From: Lama glama
Lineage: Eukaryota
Direction: 5' to 3'
Length of the DNA stretch: 64,000 bases
Assembly: GCA_028534125.1 (NCBI GenBank)
Contig: CM052817.1
Coordinates: 87,608,001-87,672,000 of the forward strand
Within the stretch, counting starts at the first letter, position 1; every line of letters starts with the position of its first letter. The position numbers and the translations under genes were made by a program. Of the stretch, positions 13,661-27,030 are shown in pieces. The notes below the pieces were generated by a model. That model was given only the letters and a program-made list of their open reading frames with translations. It was not told where the DNA came from and did no database searches.

Positions 13661-13996
13661 TGAGTTAAAACACTCAGATTGCCATATATTTCCCCAACAA
13701 AGATGACTTTATTTGGGATAAGCAGAGAATTGCAATTTGAGACTTGCAACCATGGTGAGCCACATTCAAGTCCCTATACGGCAAGGGAAGGAGAACACTT
13801 TATAGAGGGGAAAAGGAAGTTGGGAGGGATGGTAAACAAGAAGCCCGTGGCTTTTCATTGACTAAGTCCTTGCCAGGAAAGAAGAGGATTCTTTCCTCTT
13901 CCTGTTGGGTTCTGCTATCCTTGCAGGGCATGAGTGCTCCCCCTTCTGGTCTCTCTACTCTATTGAATTGAGCCTTCTGTTTATTATTTTTTCACA
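13661..13996 (-). mobile_element. ERV1-type solo LTR
   Basis: TG...CA termini. Minus-strand TATAAA (13799-13804) and AATAAA (13708-13713) occur in U3-R-U5 order. Imperfect 4-bp flanks (tatt/tata). Confidence 0.7.
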
Positions 13997-14071
13997 TATA
14001 TCATAGGTAGGGCTGCATATCTGCAGTTCTTCCTACTTGGGGATTTTTCTTACAAAACTTAGAGCAGGAAG

Positions 14072-14643
14072 TGAAGCCATAGAGATGTGCCTGTGTCACT
14101 GTCCTTTGAAGTAAGTCTCCCAGGCCTCCCCTGTGTCTCAAAAGGCAGGATCAAGAGTTAACAGTTAGGAAATGTGAAGATGTAGAAACAAAAAATAACT
14201 GTTGGGAAGAGAAACCGATAAAAATTTAGACATAAATCAGCCATATTCCAGAATCTCTGAATTCCCAATTCCTTGAAAGATATAAATGTCCAATACACAT
14301 TCCTGAATTGTTTTACAGGAAGCCGATCCCACCAGATGGAAACTATTGATCACAGGTACATAGACTTCAGATGGATTGAAACCAGAATATTGATGATGTT
14401 TGAAACTCCAACTTGATACCAACCAATCAAGAACTGAGCACAAGCTGATCATGCATCCTATATCCTCCTTCCTCACGCTACCTTTAAAACTGTTCCATGA
14501 AAACCATTGGGGAATTCGGGTCTTTTGAGCACAAGGCTGGCACCCTGCAATAAATGCTGTACCTTCCTTCACCACAACCCAGTATCAGTAGATCAGCTTT
14601 GCTGTGTGTTGAGTGAGCAGTCCCAAATCCAGGCTTGAGAACA
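14072..14643 (+). mobile_element. ERV1-type solo LTR (cetartiodactyl family)
   Basis: TG...CA termini and exact 4-bp TSD GAAG (14068-14071, 14644-14647). CCAAT near 14423, TATA-like tttaaaa near 14483, AATAAA at 14549-14554. Confidence 0.85.
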
Positions 14644-14879
14644 GAAGGAACAGAGCAGAATGCTTGCTTCCTATAGACAGGTAGCTCACAAAAAAAAGAA
14701 GAAAGGTGTCTAAGTACGTCCACTTTATTCCTACTAAATTCACTCCTCAGTTAAGTTACTCTCCTCTTTTTAGTAGAAGTTAATCAGTGAATGGAGAAAG
14801 GCTAGAAATGTAAATCTCAGGACAGTCACTCAACATGGAAATTAGAAGCAACATAAATTCTCAAGGTATAATTATTCCC

Positions 14880-15470
14880 ATTATTAATGTCTGAAAAACA
14901 TCAGGGAAAAAAATCACAGAAAATAAATGGAGTTTAGGCAAGTGCTGAAATAGGATTAGATCAATGGCTGTGAAAAGAGAAAAAAACATTGCAGTGTCAA
15001 AGAACAATCTGAACTGAGGCATGTGGTAGTGAGAACACTGCCTGTTTCAGAACAGTCAGAAACTTAAGAGTGGGAAGAAGGCATCATGAAGAAAAGAAAC
15101 AAGAGAATGTAGAAGAGGAAGAGAGAAAGCAGATTTTGAAGGAAATTTAATGCCATTTCAATGACTTTGGACATTATCATGTATAAATAGGGAATGAGTC
15201 AAATAGTTAATTAGGAGAGAAAAAAATGATTCAGTTGTTCTGTGTTTTTTTAAGGAGATTATGCTAAGAAGACTGTAAGATGGAAAGACAGGTATCCCAG
15301 GCTATTTTAATACTCCATATGAAGGATGATAGTGAGTCTGGGGATAAATAGGAGTCTGGGAAAGTTCAAGGGCAAAGTAATGTAGGATTTGGAATTTGAT
15401 TGGGAAGAGAGAGAGCAGAGAGTTCAATAATTGTCCCCAGGTTTATGACTCCAAATATGAAAAATATAAA
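14880..15470 (-). mobile_element. L2 LINE fragment
   Basis: Purine-rich degenerate L2 (gactttggacattatc...ttttaaggagattatgct...caggctattttaatactcca). Confidence 0.6.
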
Positions 15471-15508
15471 AAATAAAGTAAAATCAGGTACATAGGAATG
15501 AAGATAGT

Positions 15509-15684
15509 AAAAATTAGTATAGTAGTAGGTTGGGAATAACAAGTCCTTAGGAAATAAAAAATGGGTTTAATCACAGTGCTGTTCCTTAATATCTGTGTAA
15601 TCTTGGGTTAATTATTCAAATTCTTTGACCCACAGTTTTAACATTCATATAATGGAAGATAAAAGAATTACCATTCAGAATATT
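15509..15684 (+). repeat. MIR-derived segment, copy 1 of a ~175-bp direct duplication
   Basis: Aligns over its full length to 16122-16295. Confidence 0.9.
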
Positions 15685-16121
15685 GTATTTATTTATTTAT
15701 TCATTGTCATTTGCATTAATGCAGTTAATTTTTCCCTAATTTTTCATTTTTATTTTTGTAATATCATTGTATTTTTATACAATTTTTAAAGGTTACTTTC
15801 CCTTTATAGTTATTACAAAATATTGGCTATATCCCCTGTGTTGTACAATACAACCTTGAGCCTATCTTATACCCAACAGTTTGTACCTTCCACTTTCCCA
15901 TCCCTGTATTTTTCCTCTGCCCCTCCCCACTGGTAACCACTGGTGTGTTCTATCTGTGAGTCTGCTTCTTTTTTTTTTTTTTAATTCACTAGGTTGTGGT
16001 GGCTTTTAGATTCCATGTATGTAATATACAGTATGTGTCTTTCTCTGTCAATTTCACATAGAATAATGCCCTCGAAGTTTATCCTTATTGCTACAAATGG
16101 CAAAATTTTGTTCTTTTTAGG
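15685..16121 (-). mobile_element. 5'-truncated L1 3' end (cetartiodactyl L1-type)
   Basis: T-rich tail on the left, then ggttactttccctttatagttattacaaaatattggctatatcccctgtgttgtacaatac...ttagattccatgtatgt...ttgctacaaatggcaaaatttt. Confidence 0.85.
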
Positions 16122-16297
16122 AAAAATTAATATAGTATACTGGAAATAACAAGGCCTTAGGAATAACAAAGATGAGTTTAATCTCGGTGTTGTCCCTTAA
16201 TATCTGTGTAATCTTGGGTTAATTACTGAAATTCTCTGATCCACAGTTTTAACATCTATATAATGGAAGTTAAAAGAATTACCATTCAGGATATTTT
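16122..16297 (+). repeat. MIR-derived segment, copy 2 of a ~175-bp direct duplication
   Basis: Aligns to 15509-15684 and ends at a TTTT/AA site. Confidence 0.9.
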
Positions 16298-16689
16298 AAA
16301 TGATTAGAAACATTACTAGGATTGAGACTCCCTAGTCTGTGCCTTTTGATATCTTGACATAAGTTAAGATCTCTTTGTATTAAAAAAATTTAGAGGTTTA
16401 AAACAATAACATTTACCTGAACTCAACTAGGTAAGTGATGACACAATATGGATATATTTACAGAAGTTGAATATATTAATTATATTAATAATTTCTTAAA
16501 GTTTGGAATGTCATGCTTCTCTCCTACTTTCACCTTCATCCCATTACTAAGACACATAGAGTTATTATGGATTTGGAATCATGAGCCTTTCTCCCAGGAA
16601 AACAGTTCATGGTGGGATTATTGAGTGGGGAAAAGAGGACATTTTTATTAAGATTATGTTCTTATTTTAGGTTTCCAGTAATTCAGACA

Positions 16690-16830
16690 CTGTTGGACTT
16701 ATGCACAAATCAGCTGGGTTTTAGGTCTATTAATCAGTCTAGCAGAGATATTTTTGAAATCTTCTGAATTATGATCTCTGAAGGTGGGGCCCCACAGTAA
16801 ATTAAGGTTGGACAATATTGCTCTGGACTG
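16690..16830. mobile_element. MER5-like hAT-Charlie fragment
   Basis: ctctgaaggtggggccc and aaggttggacaatattgctc resemble MER5A. Confidence 0.45.
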
Positions 16831-16879
16831 AGCACCACATATTTCTTTGAAGATGGAATAACATGTGCATAATTTATGC

Positions 16880-17945
16880 TATCTTCCGTAGAGAATATCA
16901 AAAGTAAGCAGAAAAACCTGTAGGGGAAGTAATTCTCCCTTCTGGTCATGGCAGGGTATCCTGACTGAACTAACCCTCCCACAGGTAATTATAACGTGTG
17001 AACAAAATTATTCTTTAAAGTATTTGAAAGCATGGAGAATGATGACATGGTAGGAAGAGCTAAAAGGGTTTTATTCTTGAAGGACAGAAAATGAATGGAT
17101 GGTATTTTGAGTTTACAGCTCTCTGCTAGAAAGTACTCCACACTCTGAACATAGTTCAGGCCACACAAAAACAGAGATGTCAGAAGGCGGATTTCAGAGC
17201 TGGAAGATCAGGTGGGAAGACAGAGGGAGAATCCTTTAGAGAGGGAGACTCAAAGGGATTAAACCCATAAATCTACATTAAAAATTGTCCAATATTGGCA
17301 TGGCCACTAAACATACATTGGGAAGACCCCAGTGGGCCTTGAATAAAACCATCAACTGGAAGCTGAAAGAACTGAGAGAAGAATTAATCTGTTGCCAACT
17401 ACAGCAGAGTTCAGAGATGGAGTCTAACCAAGTTAATTGTTTAATAAAACAAAAATAATTACAATAATTCTTTAAAAAGAATTACACAATCCATAAGTTA
17501 CAAAAGCAGATATAGACAATACATAAATAAATGAGTATGTGTCTAAGGTCCAATAATATTTTTTTCACAAAAAGCACAACAGTCCAGATTTGGGCGTTGT
17601 TTGCTGATCTCTGGGGTAAGTTTCCCCCTTAAGGCAAAAAGTTTCCCCCATTTCAGGCAAAAAGCAAGATAGAAAATAATGTAGATAAGAGCAGAAATCA
17701 ATGAAATTGAAAACAGCAAAACAACAGAAAATAAATCAGTGAAACCAAAACTTACTCCTTTTTTGAAAATAATTTTGAAAAATAAGATGAAACTCATTAG
17801 ACTGAAATAAAGAGATAGGACACAATGCCAGTATCAAGAGTGAAAGAGATACTACTACTACAGATTCTATAGACAATAAAAGGACGACAGGCAAATACAA
17901 TGAACAACTCTATGCTTATAATTTTTTACAACTTAGATGAAAAGG
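16880..17945 (+). mobile_element. Old L1M fragments (5' region and ORF2 piece)
   Basis: agataagagcagaaatcaatgaaattgaaaac...gaacaactctatgc...acaacttagatgaaa matches L1 ORF2, with frameshifts and stops. Confidence 0.7.
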
Positions 17946-17979
17946 TTGTGGCACGAACTGGTGCCCTGCAAGCAAACCT

Positions 17980-18190
17980 GAGTGATCAGTGGGGTCAAAT
18001 ACTGAAAGATCGATACTGGATTTAGGAATGTGGAGGATACTGTGAAACTAGACAGCACCAATCTCAGTGGAGGAGTAGGAGAAATTTCTGACTGGAGTAG
18101 ATTCAAGGGAGAATTAAAGGGAAAGAATCAGAGGGAAAAATATGAACTGCTTTTTCATGCTGTTCTATAAGGGTAACATGGAAATAATCC
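17980..18190 (-). mobile_element. L2 fragment
   Basis: ggatttaggaatgtggagg...tctcagtggaggagtagg...tgactggagtagattcaagggagaatt. Confidence 0.65.
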
Positions 18191-18319
18191 TCTCTCACAG
18201 GAATGAGTACAGCATCATACTTAACATTCCAATCCCATGACAGAACATGGGTTGAATGCAAATCTGAAGCAATCCATTCACATCATAGAAAAAGTTTACA
18301 TGTAACCCAGCTTCAAGGA

Positions 18320-18760
18320 CCTATTGTGCCAAGTGTCTACCCTTTGGTCTCTGTTCTAGTATGTGAATCTCTACGCATCAACAAGACTCCCTTACTCTCC
18401 GACTTCATGGACTTGAGTTTAGCCAATGGAAAACACCAACAGGAAATAAAGGTGGGAGGAGACAGAGGCACTAGTTATTTAGTTTCCCAGCTCAGTATCT
18501 CCATCCATACCTTAAGTTAGCAGAGACTGCATTCCAAGCTGCAGCTCTTGCTAAATGGCCTTCTCTTATAGTTACAACTACAGATCTCTTAATTATTTCA
18601 GGCAATTCTTACCTTCTCTTACTGTACAGGGCCTGGGGATGATGAGGATTTCCTACATAACTTTCAAGCCTTTTTGCTTTCTTTTAACCTTGTCTAAACT
18701 TTTGGAAATCATCTTTTATTATAATATCCTAAATTACTCTATTTGAGTGTATCATTTTTG
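18320..18760 (+). mobile_element. LTR33/LTR16-like ERVL LTR
   Basis: gagtttagccaatggaaaacaccaacaggaaataaaggtgggaggagac...caggcctggggatgatg...aaattactctatttgagtgt. Confidence 0.65.
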
Positions 18761-19419
18761 ATAATTATAGAAAGACTCTTAACTGAAACGATCCTACTAT
18801 TCTTTATTTCTTATATTCAGGGATAACTTTTACGAAGACTGACTTGGTTAGGTATGTAAAAATGCTTACCATTAATTCATATTACTTTTTTGTATGCTGA
18901 ATGATGTAAAGATTTTCAAGTTATATATTTTTCTCACAGTACAATTTGCCAAGGAAATGTTCTTAGTAACATATATACAAGTAATTTATTGAACAATTAA
19001 ACCTTTAAAACAAAATGTTGTAGGCACTGTACTAGATAGGAGTATACAAAGAGTGAACTTAAACTACATGTGAGAGTTTTAACTTTAGCAATAGTTTCTT
19101 TGTGATGCTATAAAATAATTTTATGTATAATGGTCATCCTTAAAAACTATTTTGGACTTTGCTTCTTTTAGGATTGTTGTAAGAGCTGTTTACAGGCTAT
19201 ATAAAAAGTCATCTCATTCCTCAAAATTGAGTTTTTCAAAGACTAAGTTATCGCTAAGCACGAATATCCATGTTTTACACCAGATGTAATTTTAAATTAC
19301 AGTTGGCTCTTTCCAAGTAGCAAAAGCATCCTCAAAAAAAAGTTGTCACCAATGATAACATATTTAAAATGTGCCCTAGGTTTGTATAAAAAAACATAAT
19401 AGCATCATAATTAAATGTC

Positions 19420-19650
19420 CAGAAGCTGGAGCTAAACACCATGGAGCAAATCCCAGCTCTGCCACTTAGCAGCCAGAAGACCTTTACCAAGGTGTGTATC
19501 CTTTGTGTACCTGGCCTCTGCTTCTGTAAAGTGTGGATAATAGTAGCACCTAAATCATAGGCTTCTCTTATAAATTGAATGGATTTATATTACTGCAGCA
19601 TTTAGGACACTGTCTGGACATTTTAAATACTAGATAAGTATTAGCTAAGG
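19420..19650 (+). mobile_element. MIR SINE
   Basis: aaatcccagctctgccacttagcagc...ctgtaaagtgtggataatagtagcacc. Confidence 0.8.
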
Positions 19651-21898
19651 GGATTTAAAATTAGTGTTTCTAAAGAGTTATAGCGATGACAACAGCAATA
19701 GAATTAAATAAACCAACAGAATATACCCTTTCAAAGGGGAAACTATTCATTTTGAAATATTGATTTGTTGTTTTTTTAAATTGCCACATGACGAGTAAAA
19801 ACTCACAACTCATATATTGAGAAGCCACTGATTTTTTTTTTTTAGTGTGGTAAATACTACTGTGGATTGTTTCTTATCTGAAAAACACTGCCTTTAAATG
19901 AATCCAAACAACATAAAAGACACAAATACACAGTAGTTTGATTTACATACCTATATGCTGGTTAGGTACTATTTTTGTACATATAGGCTTCACACTGTTG
20001 GCTGCATGCCTCACTTGGCTGTGTAATACATTAATATCATATGTTATAAGTAATGAGTAAAACTTGAAACACTTTCACCCAATGTCATGGAAAGCTTTTC
20101 ATGTCAGAATTGTGTTTATTAAAGAACCCATACTTTCCTTAGATGATTTAAAACTAAAAGAAGCCTCTGGATTAAGTTAACATGTCTGAGGGCAGTGAAC
20201 TTATTTCAGGTACTTATTGAGGACATTGTACAGATATCATGTTATATGTTCATTAAGAAAAAAATAGAGAACTGTCTCAGGGTTTAGTCTGAAACACAGG
20301 TAATTTCTCTTAAGCTTCTGGCTTGCTTCTACCTTATGGACACTAGGAATCCTTCAACTGACAGAGATCAGTTTTTCACTGATCTGATTTATTATTACTC
20401 TTACGTAGGTAAATATTTATTTAAAGCCAGTTCTTTCCATGGGAATATAAGCTCACCTTGGGGCATGAAATTATTTTTCTATTATTCAACATCATACAGC
20501 CAATGCTTATTTTAATGCCTTATCTATGTACACAATAAATATTTCCAACATGAAAGAATAAAAGAAAAAAGGAGAAAAAGCATATTCAACTAATATTACC
20601 AAATATAATATAATTTTGTTTTGTTTCATTTCTGGTGGAGGGATTGTTTTGTTTTATAGTGGAAAAATAAGCAATAATTAATAAGGGATGTAAAGGCTAT
20701 GTAAAGAAATAAAATTCTTTACCCTTTTCACATATTGGGCATTATGAACATGAAATATCATGTGGATAAGAATGGGGGAGGGACAGGAAAAGAGATGAAC
20801 AGAGGAAAGGAAAGAAAAAGAATCCACAACAAATGTTTATGGTGGAGGAAAAAAAAACAAAACTTGAAGAGGTAACAGTGTTTTCTCTGTGCTAATTCTT
20901 TAGTTTGCTCTTATGGTCACAGAAGGCATGTATAAAGGCAGTGTTAAATGACACATATCTACAGAAACTTTTTTAATTCAAAAAATTACCATAAAGGAAA
21001 ATATGTAATGGTTACAAAAATATTTTTGTAAATGTTAAGTGTACTACATTTTATTTGTACCTACATATAAAGGAGGGAACAGGAAATGCTACATTAAAGA
21101 ATCTAAGGAGACTAATATGTAGAATTCTCTGTGGGAAGACAGGAAGGAGGATGAACTCTTTTAGACTTTTCAGAATTAAATGGAAAACTATACTTTTCTA
21201 GGTAATTAATTCTTGTAACTACCAGGAAAAAGGGTTACAACATTTTTCTCAAGAATATTTATTCTCTTATGGTGCCAAATTGAGAAGAAATTCTACATAT
21301 TTCAAAAACCCTAATAAATTTTCATAGCATTTATTTTTTTCCCTTAAAATATTATTCAACTCACTTATAATGTCAGTCTAAGAATCTCAAACATTTACTA
21401 ATTTATCATACAGGTAATTATTATTGCTGATGGCTTAAAATTAACATTTAGAAATTATAATAAACAAAATTTGCATTTAGATGTCAAAATATATGATTTA
21501 ATTATTGTAAGTGTGGAATCTAGTATTCACAAAATATTACATATTTTTCTGCATTTATGCTTTATTTATATTGAAATGTTTAGAGAAAAATAAAATAAAA
21601 AGAATAAATACCCAACTGCAAAAAATTAATTACATACTAATTTCAATATAAATGTGTGTCTTTGAATATGCATACATATTATACATATACACGTGCATCA
21701 TTTTTTTTATCCTTACAAATGGTGAGTGCATTTAAGTGATTGCCAATATCATGGGACAAAAATGGCATCTATTTTTTTTTAAGTTTCAATTTTTATTAAT
21801 GATGAATCTCTATAATTCATTATATTTATGGCTGTGATTGTGTTTCTTGACTTAATTGTGTGTTCATGTCATTTTTCCACTTTTAGATTTGGCATTTA

Positions 21899-22025
21899 GT
21901 TTTTTCTTTTTTGGGGGGGGAGCTTATTAGGTTTGTTTGTTTATTTCAATGGAGGTACTGGGCATTAAACCTAGGACCTTGTGCATGCTGAGCATGTGCT
22001 CTACCACTATGATATGCCTTCCCCC
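21899..22025 (-). mobile_element. tRNA-derived camelid SINE (Vic-1-like)
   Basis: Reverse complement reads gggggaaggcatatcatagtggtagagcacatgctcagcatgcacaaggtcctaggtttaatgcccagtacctcc with A-box/B-box remnants. TSD atttggcattta / atttggcactta (21887-21898, 22028-22039). Confidence 0.9.
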
Positions 22026-22149
22026 ATATTTGGCACTTAAATACTTTTCATGTGTAAGACTGCTTTAGTAAAACCAAGGATACTAATACAAGGATTAACC
22101 CTTGTAAGTAATTATAATGAATATTTATTGCAATTTTACATAATTTTCC

Positions 22150-22470
22150 TGAACTGTCTCCCATTTGCATCAAATTACTCCAAAAATTTAATGCCTTAAT
22201 ATTTTCATTTTATTGTGTCCATAATTTCATGAGTCAGGAATTCAAGAAGGGCTTGACCACGTGTTTATCTCTGACCCACATGGAATTAGCATGGCACCTG
22301 AGTCTTCCTCACTCACAGCCCTGGCACTTTGATGCTTCTTTCTCTTTACACATGATGTCTCTCTTCCAAGACTTTCCCATGAACTTGGGCCTTTTTACAG
22401 TATGAAACTTACAGGGTAGTCATTTATGATGGTTAACTTTTCCCAGAGCTAACGTTTAAGAGCAATTACT
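22150..22470 (-). mobile_element. MLT1 (MaLR) LTR fragment
   Basis: aaattactccaaaaatttaatgccttaa...atgagtcaggaattcaagaagggcttg. Confidence 0.65.
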
Positions 22471-22489
22471 GCAAGTTACCCAGACAGAA

Positions 22490-23160
22490 AGAGGGTCATT
22501 CATATGTTGTTGGTGGGAATATAAAATGGTAGGGCCTCTGAAAAACAATTTGACTGTTTTCACTTTTAAAAAATAAAACTAAACATGCAGTTATCATATA
22601 CAGCACATTTACTCTTGAGCATTTATCCCGGAGGAACAGAAATTTCTGTTCACACAAAACCTATGCACAGATGTTTACTGTAGCTTTATTCTGGACCAGA
22701 CTTAACACAACACAATGTAGTACATCCATACCATGGAATGCTACCTAGCCATAAAAAGGAACAAACTATTGAAGCATGATGTAAAATCTTTCAAGAACCT
22801 CCAGAGAATTATGTTGTGTGAAAAAAAAGCCAATATTAAAAGGTCACATTCTGTGCAATTTTATTTATATAACTTCCTCAGAATGTTAAATTATGAAAAT
22901 GGAGAAGATACTTGTAATTGTGAGGGGTTGAGGGAAGGAATGGAGGAAGGTGAATGTAGTTATAAATAAGTAACAGGAGGCATCATAATGGTGATGAAAC
23001 TGTTCCACATCTTAACTGTAGTGGTGGATACAAAAACCTGCAGGTGTAATACAATTACACAGAACTAAAAACACACACATGCAAACACACCAGTACATGT
23101 AAAACTGGGGAAAATGGAATAAGATCAGTGGATTGTATGAATGTCAGTATTGTAGTTGCC
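22490..23160 (+). mobile_element. L1MC/MD-like 3' end
   Basis: gttggtgggaatataaaatggt...catccataccatggaatgctacctagccataaaaaggaacaaact...gtaaaactggggaaaatggaataagatcagtggattgt. Confidence 0.8.
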
Positions 23161-23164
23161 ACAC

Positions 23165-24330
23165 ACAAGGTTAATATAATAAAACTGAATGAATTTTATA
23201 TACCAACAAGAAACAATTAGAATATATGATCTAAAAGGTGTCATTTAGAGCAGTATCACAAATAAAAGAAATTATAAATAAGTCTAACAAAAGTACTGTA
23301 AAGATCTTTCAAAGAAAATAAAACTATTTTATTGAAAGACACTTAGAATGGATTGAATGAAGTGTAGTATCATATAGGTAAAAAATCCTATTATAAGGAT
23401 GGTTATCTCTAAATTGAGGTATAGATTTAACATGGTCCTAATTATAATCACAACATTGTGTGTTATCCACTTGACAACTTTATTCCAAAATTAATTTGGA
23501 AGAACAAAAGACCAAGGATAACAAAGGAATTCTTAAAAGGAGAGAAAGAAGGAACAAGTTATTCTATTTCCAAATGTAGCAACTTATTAAAAAGCTATAG
23601 ATGTTTAAGATTATGTGGAAATGGTACAAAGAAAGGGAAATAAAATAGGGGAACAGAATAAAGACCTAAGGAACAGATCCACATATGGAAGATGGCTATA
23701 ACAGAGCTGTCACTGCAAATCAATGGATCAGATGGACTATGCACTAAATATTGATGGATTAATTATTTACACAGGTTTTAAAAATTACGTTACCGTACTT
23801 TTACCAAAATTAATTTCAGACGGCTTAATGGCTAAAACTGATACATTAAATTTAAGTACTTTTCTTCATCAAAAGATTCATAAAAATTAAGTGGAACATC
23901 AAAGTCTCTGAATATAATAAGATATCTGAAACACATTTAGCTATCATGAGTTTAGATTTAGAAAATATAAAGAGCATTCAAAACAAGTAAGAAAAATATA
24001 TAACTGTTCCAATAGAAAAGTGGGCAGAAGGCCTGGCAGAGCATTTTACTGAAAACAGAAATTCAAATGGCCCAGGTGGAAAAATGTCTGATTTTATTGG
24101 TTATTATCAGAAAAAATACAAATTAAAAGCACAATGAGCTAACACTGCACACTTACCATATTGGCTGGCAAGAACGTTTAACAGTAGAAATTCTTATACA
24201 CTGCTGGTTGAAGGAAAGGTTGCTATGGGCACTTTGGAAAATGTTTTGATTGGTTTTGTAAAATAGAAGACATGTAAACACCATGGCTTGTCATTTCCAT
24301 TTTGGTTATAACTCCTGAAAGTGTTCTTCA
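23165..24330 (+). mobile_element. L1ME-like ORF2 remnant
   Basis: Degenerate ORF2. The ORF-track peptide at 23458 (LDNFIPKLIWKNKRPRITKEFLK) resembles the L1 ORF2 KFIWNQKRPRIAK motif. Confidence 0.75.
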
Positions 24331-26919
24331 ATATGTTACTTTCTCAGTGACTGTCATTGTGTGGCACCATGGATATTTTCAGATCCTAAACAATGTCTTT
24401 TAGTGAAATTTGGATGCAAGCATGTTGTGCTTTTCTTTTGTAAGATAAAGAAGGCATGTTTTGAAAATGACATTCTCAAGGAGATCAGTTTTAAAACAGA
24501 GAAGGTATGTAAAGTAAGAATTGAGAATTAAAATATATTTCCCTAAAACTATCCTGTATCAAGGAACCACTTGAAAATTCTCACATTTACCCATAGGTTA
24601 TTCATTTTCTTCTTTAAATGCCAAAATTCTAGGGTAATCCTCTGGCTTCTTACCCGATCTTTGGATCACAACCATTGACCCTTGTATCTCAATTGGGTAG
24701 AAACAAGCTATCGTAACTCCTTAACTACTGGAAAGTCAACAACCCATACTGGGTAACGCGGTGTCCCTGGGGAAGTATGCAGATGCTTTCAATCTAAACA
24801 TGTTCATTTGTACAATATTCCAAGGTAAAGACTGGGATTTCACATTGAGTCTATTTGGCATTCAAATTAAGTCACATTCTAAAGACCTAACTTCGTCAGC
24901 AATAAAGGTCCTGTTTTGATCTCCATCTATTCAACTCCTTAGTCTCTCTCTCTCTCTCAATTGTATTTGAGTTCAAATATGAAAGATGGTGTTATATATC
25001 TGGTCCTTCTAAGATCAACATGTTATCCTTAGATATTAGTTAACTAAGCTTACTCATTTCTTTCCTAAAGAAAGCACCCTGTAGGTAAAGAAACATTTAC
25101 AGAAACTTAAAACACTGTTTTCCTCTCATCTATGATTTTGGATTGAAATGTATTTAGGCAGAGCCACAATTTTTTCTCAAAAGCTAAAGCTGCCTCTCAT
25201 GCAAAACACAAGAGGAAATCAAGTTACCACAACTTTGGAACCAAAAGGCCAACAGAAACTCCAAATATCCCCCTTGTACCAAAATCTACACTGGCTAGTT
25301 TGCACTCTTATTTCATTCTTTTTACCATGTTCTCTAAGCCTCACTTTGTTTTTTCTTTGCCCAGGAGAAAAGTTTGTTCACCTTTTGATCCTGAACTAGA
25401 TGATTTACTGCTTTTTAATAGATCTATGTATTTTACCATTGTTCAGCTTGTTTTTCATTTTCATGGCAATTATATCCAAAATTTCTCCTATTTTTTAAAA
25501 TAAGGAACCTTAAACTTTATTAGTTTTTTAATGCAACTAATACAACAGATGTGTCCTTTCTACCATGTGAAACCTATATAGATGTGCCTAAAACCACCTG
25601 TTTTGGAGAATTTCACTGACTTCCTTGGACTTCTCTGAATTTACAATACTCCTGTTGTACACTCTGCCCTCAGATCTTGTAATCACGTGCTGTTTTTATT
25701 TTGTGGTATGTCATCTCAGAGAAAAAAATTTGGTCCTTTCACTGGTGTCAGCTGATGATACATAGAGATATGGAGAGAGAGATGATACAGTCCTCAGACC
25801 ATGAGCAGCTTAGATTTAAATGCAAATTTAAAGGTGACAGAGAAGGGTTTGTATTGTAGCAATTCAAACATATTTTTCTCAATTTATCTGTTGACTATTC
25901 CAGTTTGTGAGGCTTTTTACCATCCCTCTAAATTCCCAATGCCTTTTTTCTATCTTACTGAGTTTCCACAGATTCTGCTTCCTTGAGTTTATGCTCTGTT
26001 GTAAGAGTAAAGATCAAAATTACTCCTCTTGTCTCATATAGCAACTTCCCCCCATTACTGAACCCAGATCTTGGGTGGAGGAGAAGTTATCAGGGGCCAA
26101 ATCCACATTCTACTTCCAACCACTTTAAAAGTGCACCTCTACCCAAAGGAACAAACAAAAAGGTTAAGAAAAATTATTTCCTTTGATAAAGTTTTCTCTA
26201 CTTTGTTGTAATTATAAAAGTAAAACTATTTAAGTTCTAACATATATCTACAAGGATATTAGGGCAAAAGTAAATGTTTTCCTCTTCAACTTCTTTCTTT
26301 CTACTACCTATCATTATCCAGAGTTTATTCCTGTACCGATGTATTATGAAAGAGTGTTGCATACATTTTCAGTGCAAATAAAATCATTTTGCAAGGATTT
26401 GCCTCAAATATGTATCCTGGACATGCATTTGTATCAGGATTTATAATTTCAGTTTTTAACAAGTGCAGACTATTACATCACTTAATAGAACAACGACAAA
26501 AGTTTGTAATCATCCTATTTCACCATCCTTGTTCTCTTCATTTTACTGTCTAATTATCTGGCAAAATCCTGTGAATGCTTGGAAGAATTTTCTTTTGGGT
26601 GGTAAGAAGACAATCAGGGATGATGGTATCAGGAATACATTGCAGGATCAGAATTTTTTCCCAAATACAACAAATAGTATCCATGAATAATTGCTGACCA
26701 TGAGAGGAGAAAACTCACAATTCCTGATCCTTTCCTCAGAAATCCTACTTTCCCATTCTAAAGTAAGACCAACACTCCAACTTGTGAGTCCCAGACTATT
26801 TTCCCAAATTCTTCATTAATTTACAGAAAACATTTGAACAGAAAGAGTAACAAAACAGATGAGAAAATAAACAAATTGAGTTCTGTTGTGAACCAAACTT
26901 TTTGTTTGGTTAACTATAT

Positions 26920-27030
26920 TATTGAATCCTTACAACACCCTATGATAGTATGGCTATATGTGCATCCAATTTATTGCAGGTGGGAAACTGGGGCTTAGAG
27001 AGTTTAAACAACCTCTCCAAAGTCTCTACG
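26920..27030 (-). mobile_element. MIR fragment
   Basis: aatccttacaacaccctatga...ttgcaggtgggaaactggggcttagagagtttaa. Confidence 0.7.

Noticed and set aside
14237..14723. Overlapping 112-aa and 79-aa ORFs
   Set aside because: They are antisense frames largely within the 14072-14643 solo LTR.
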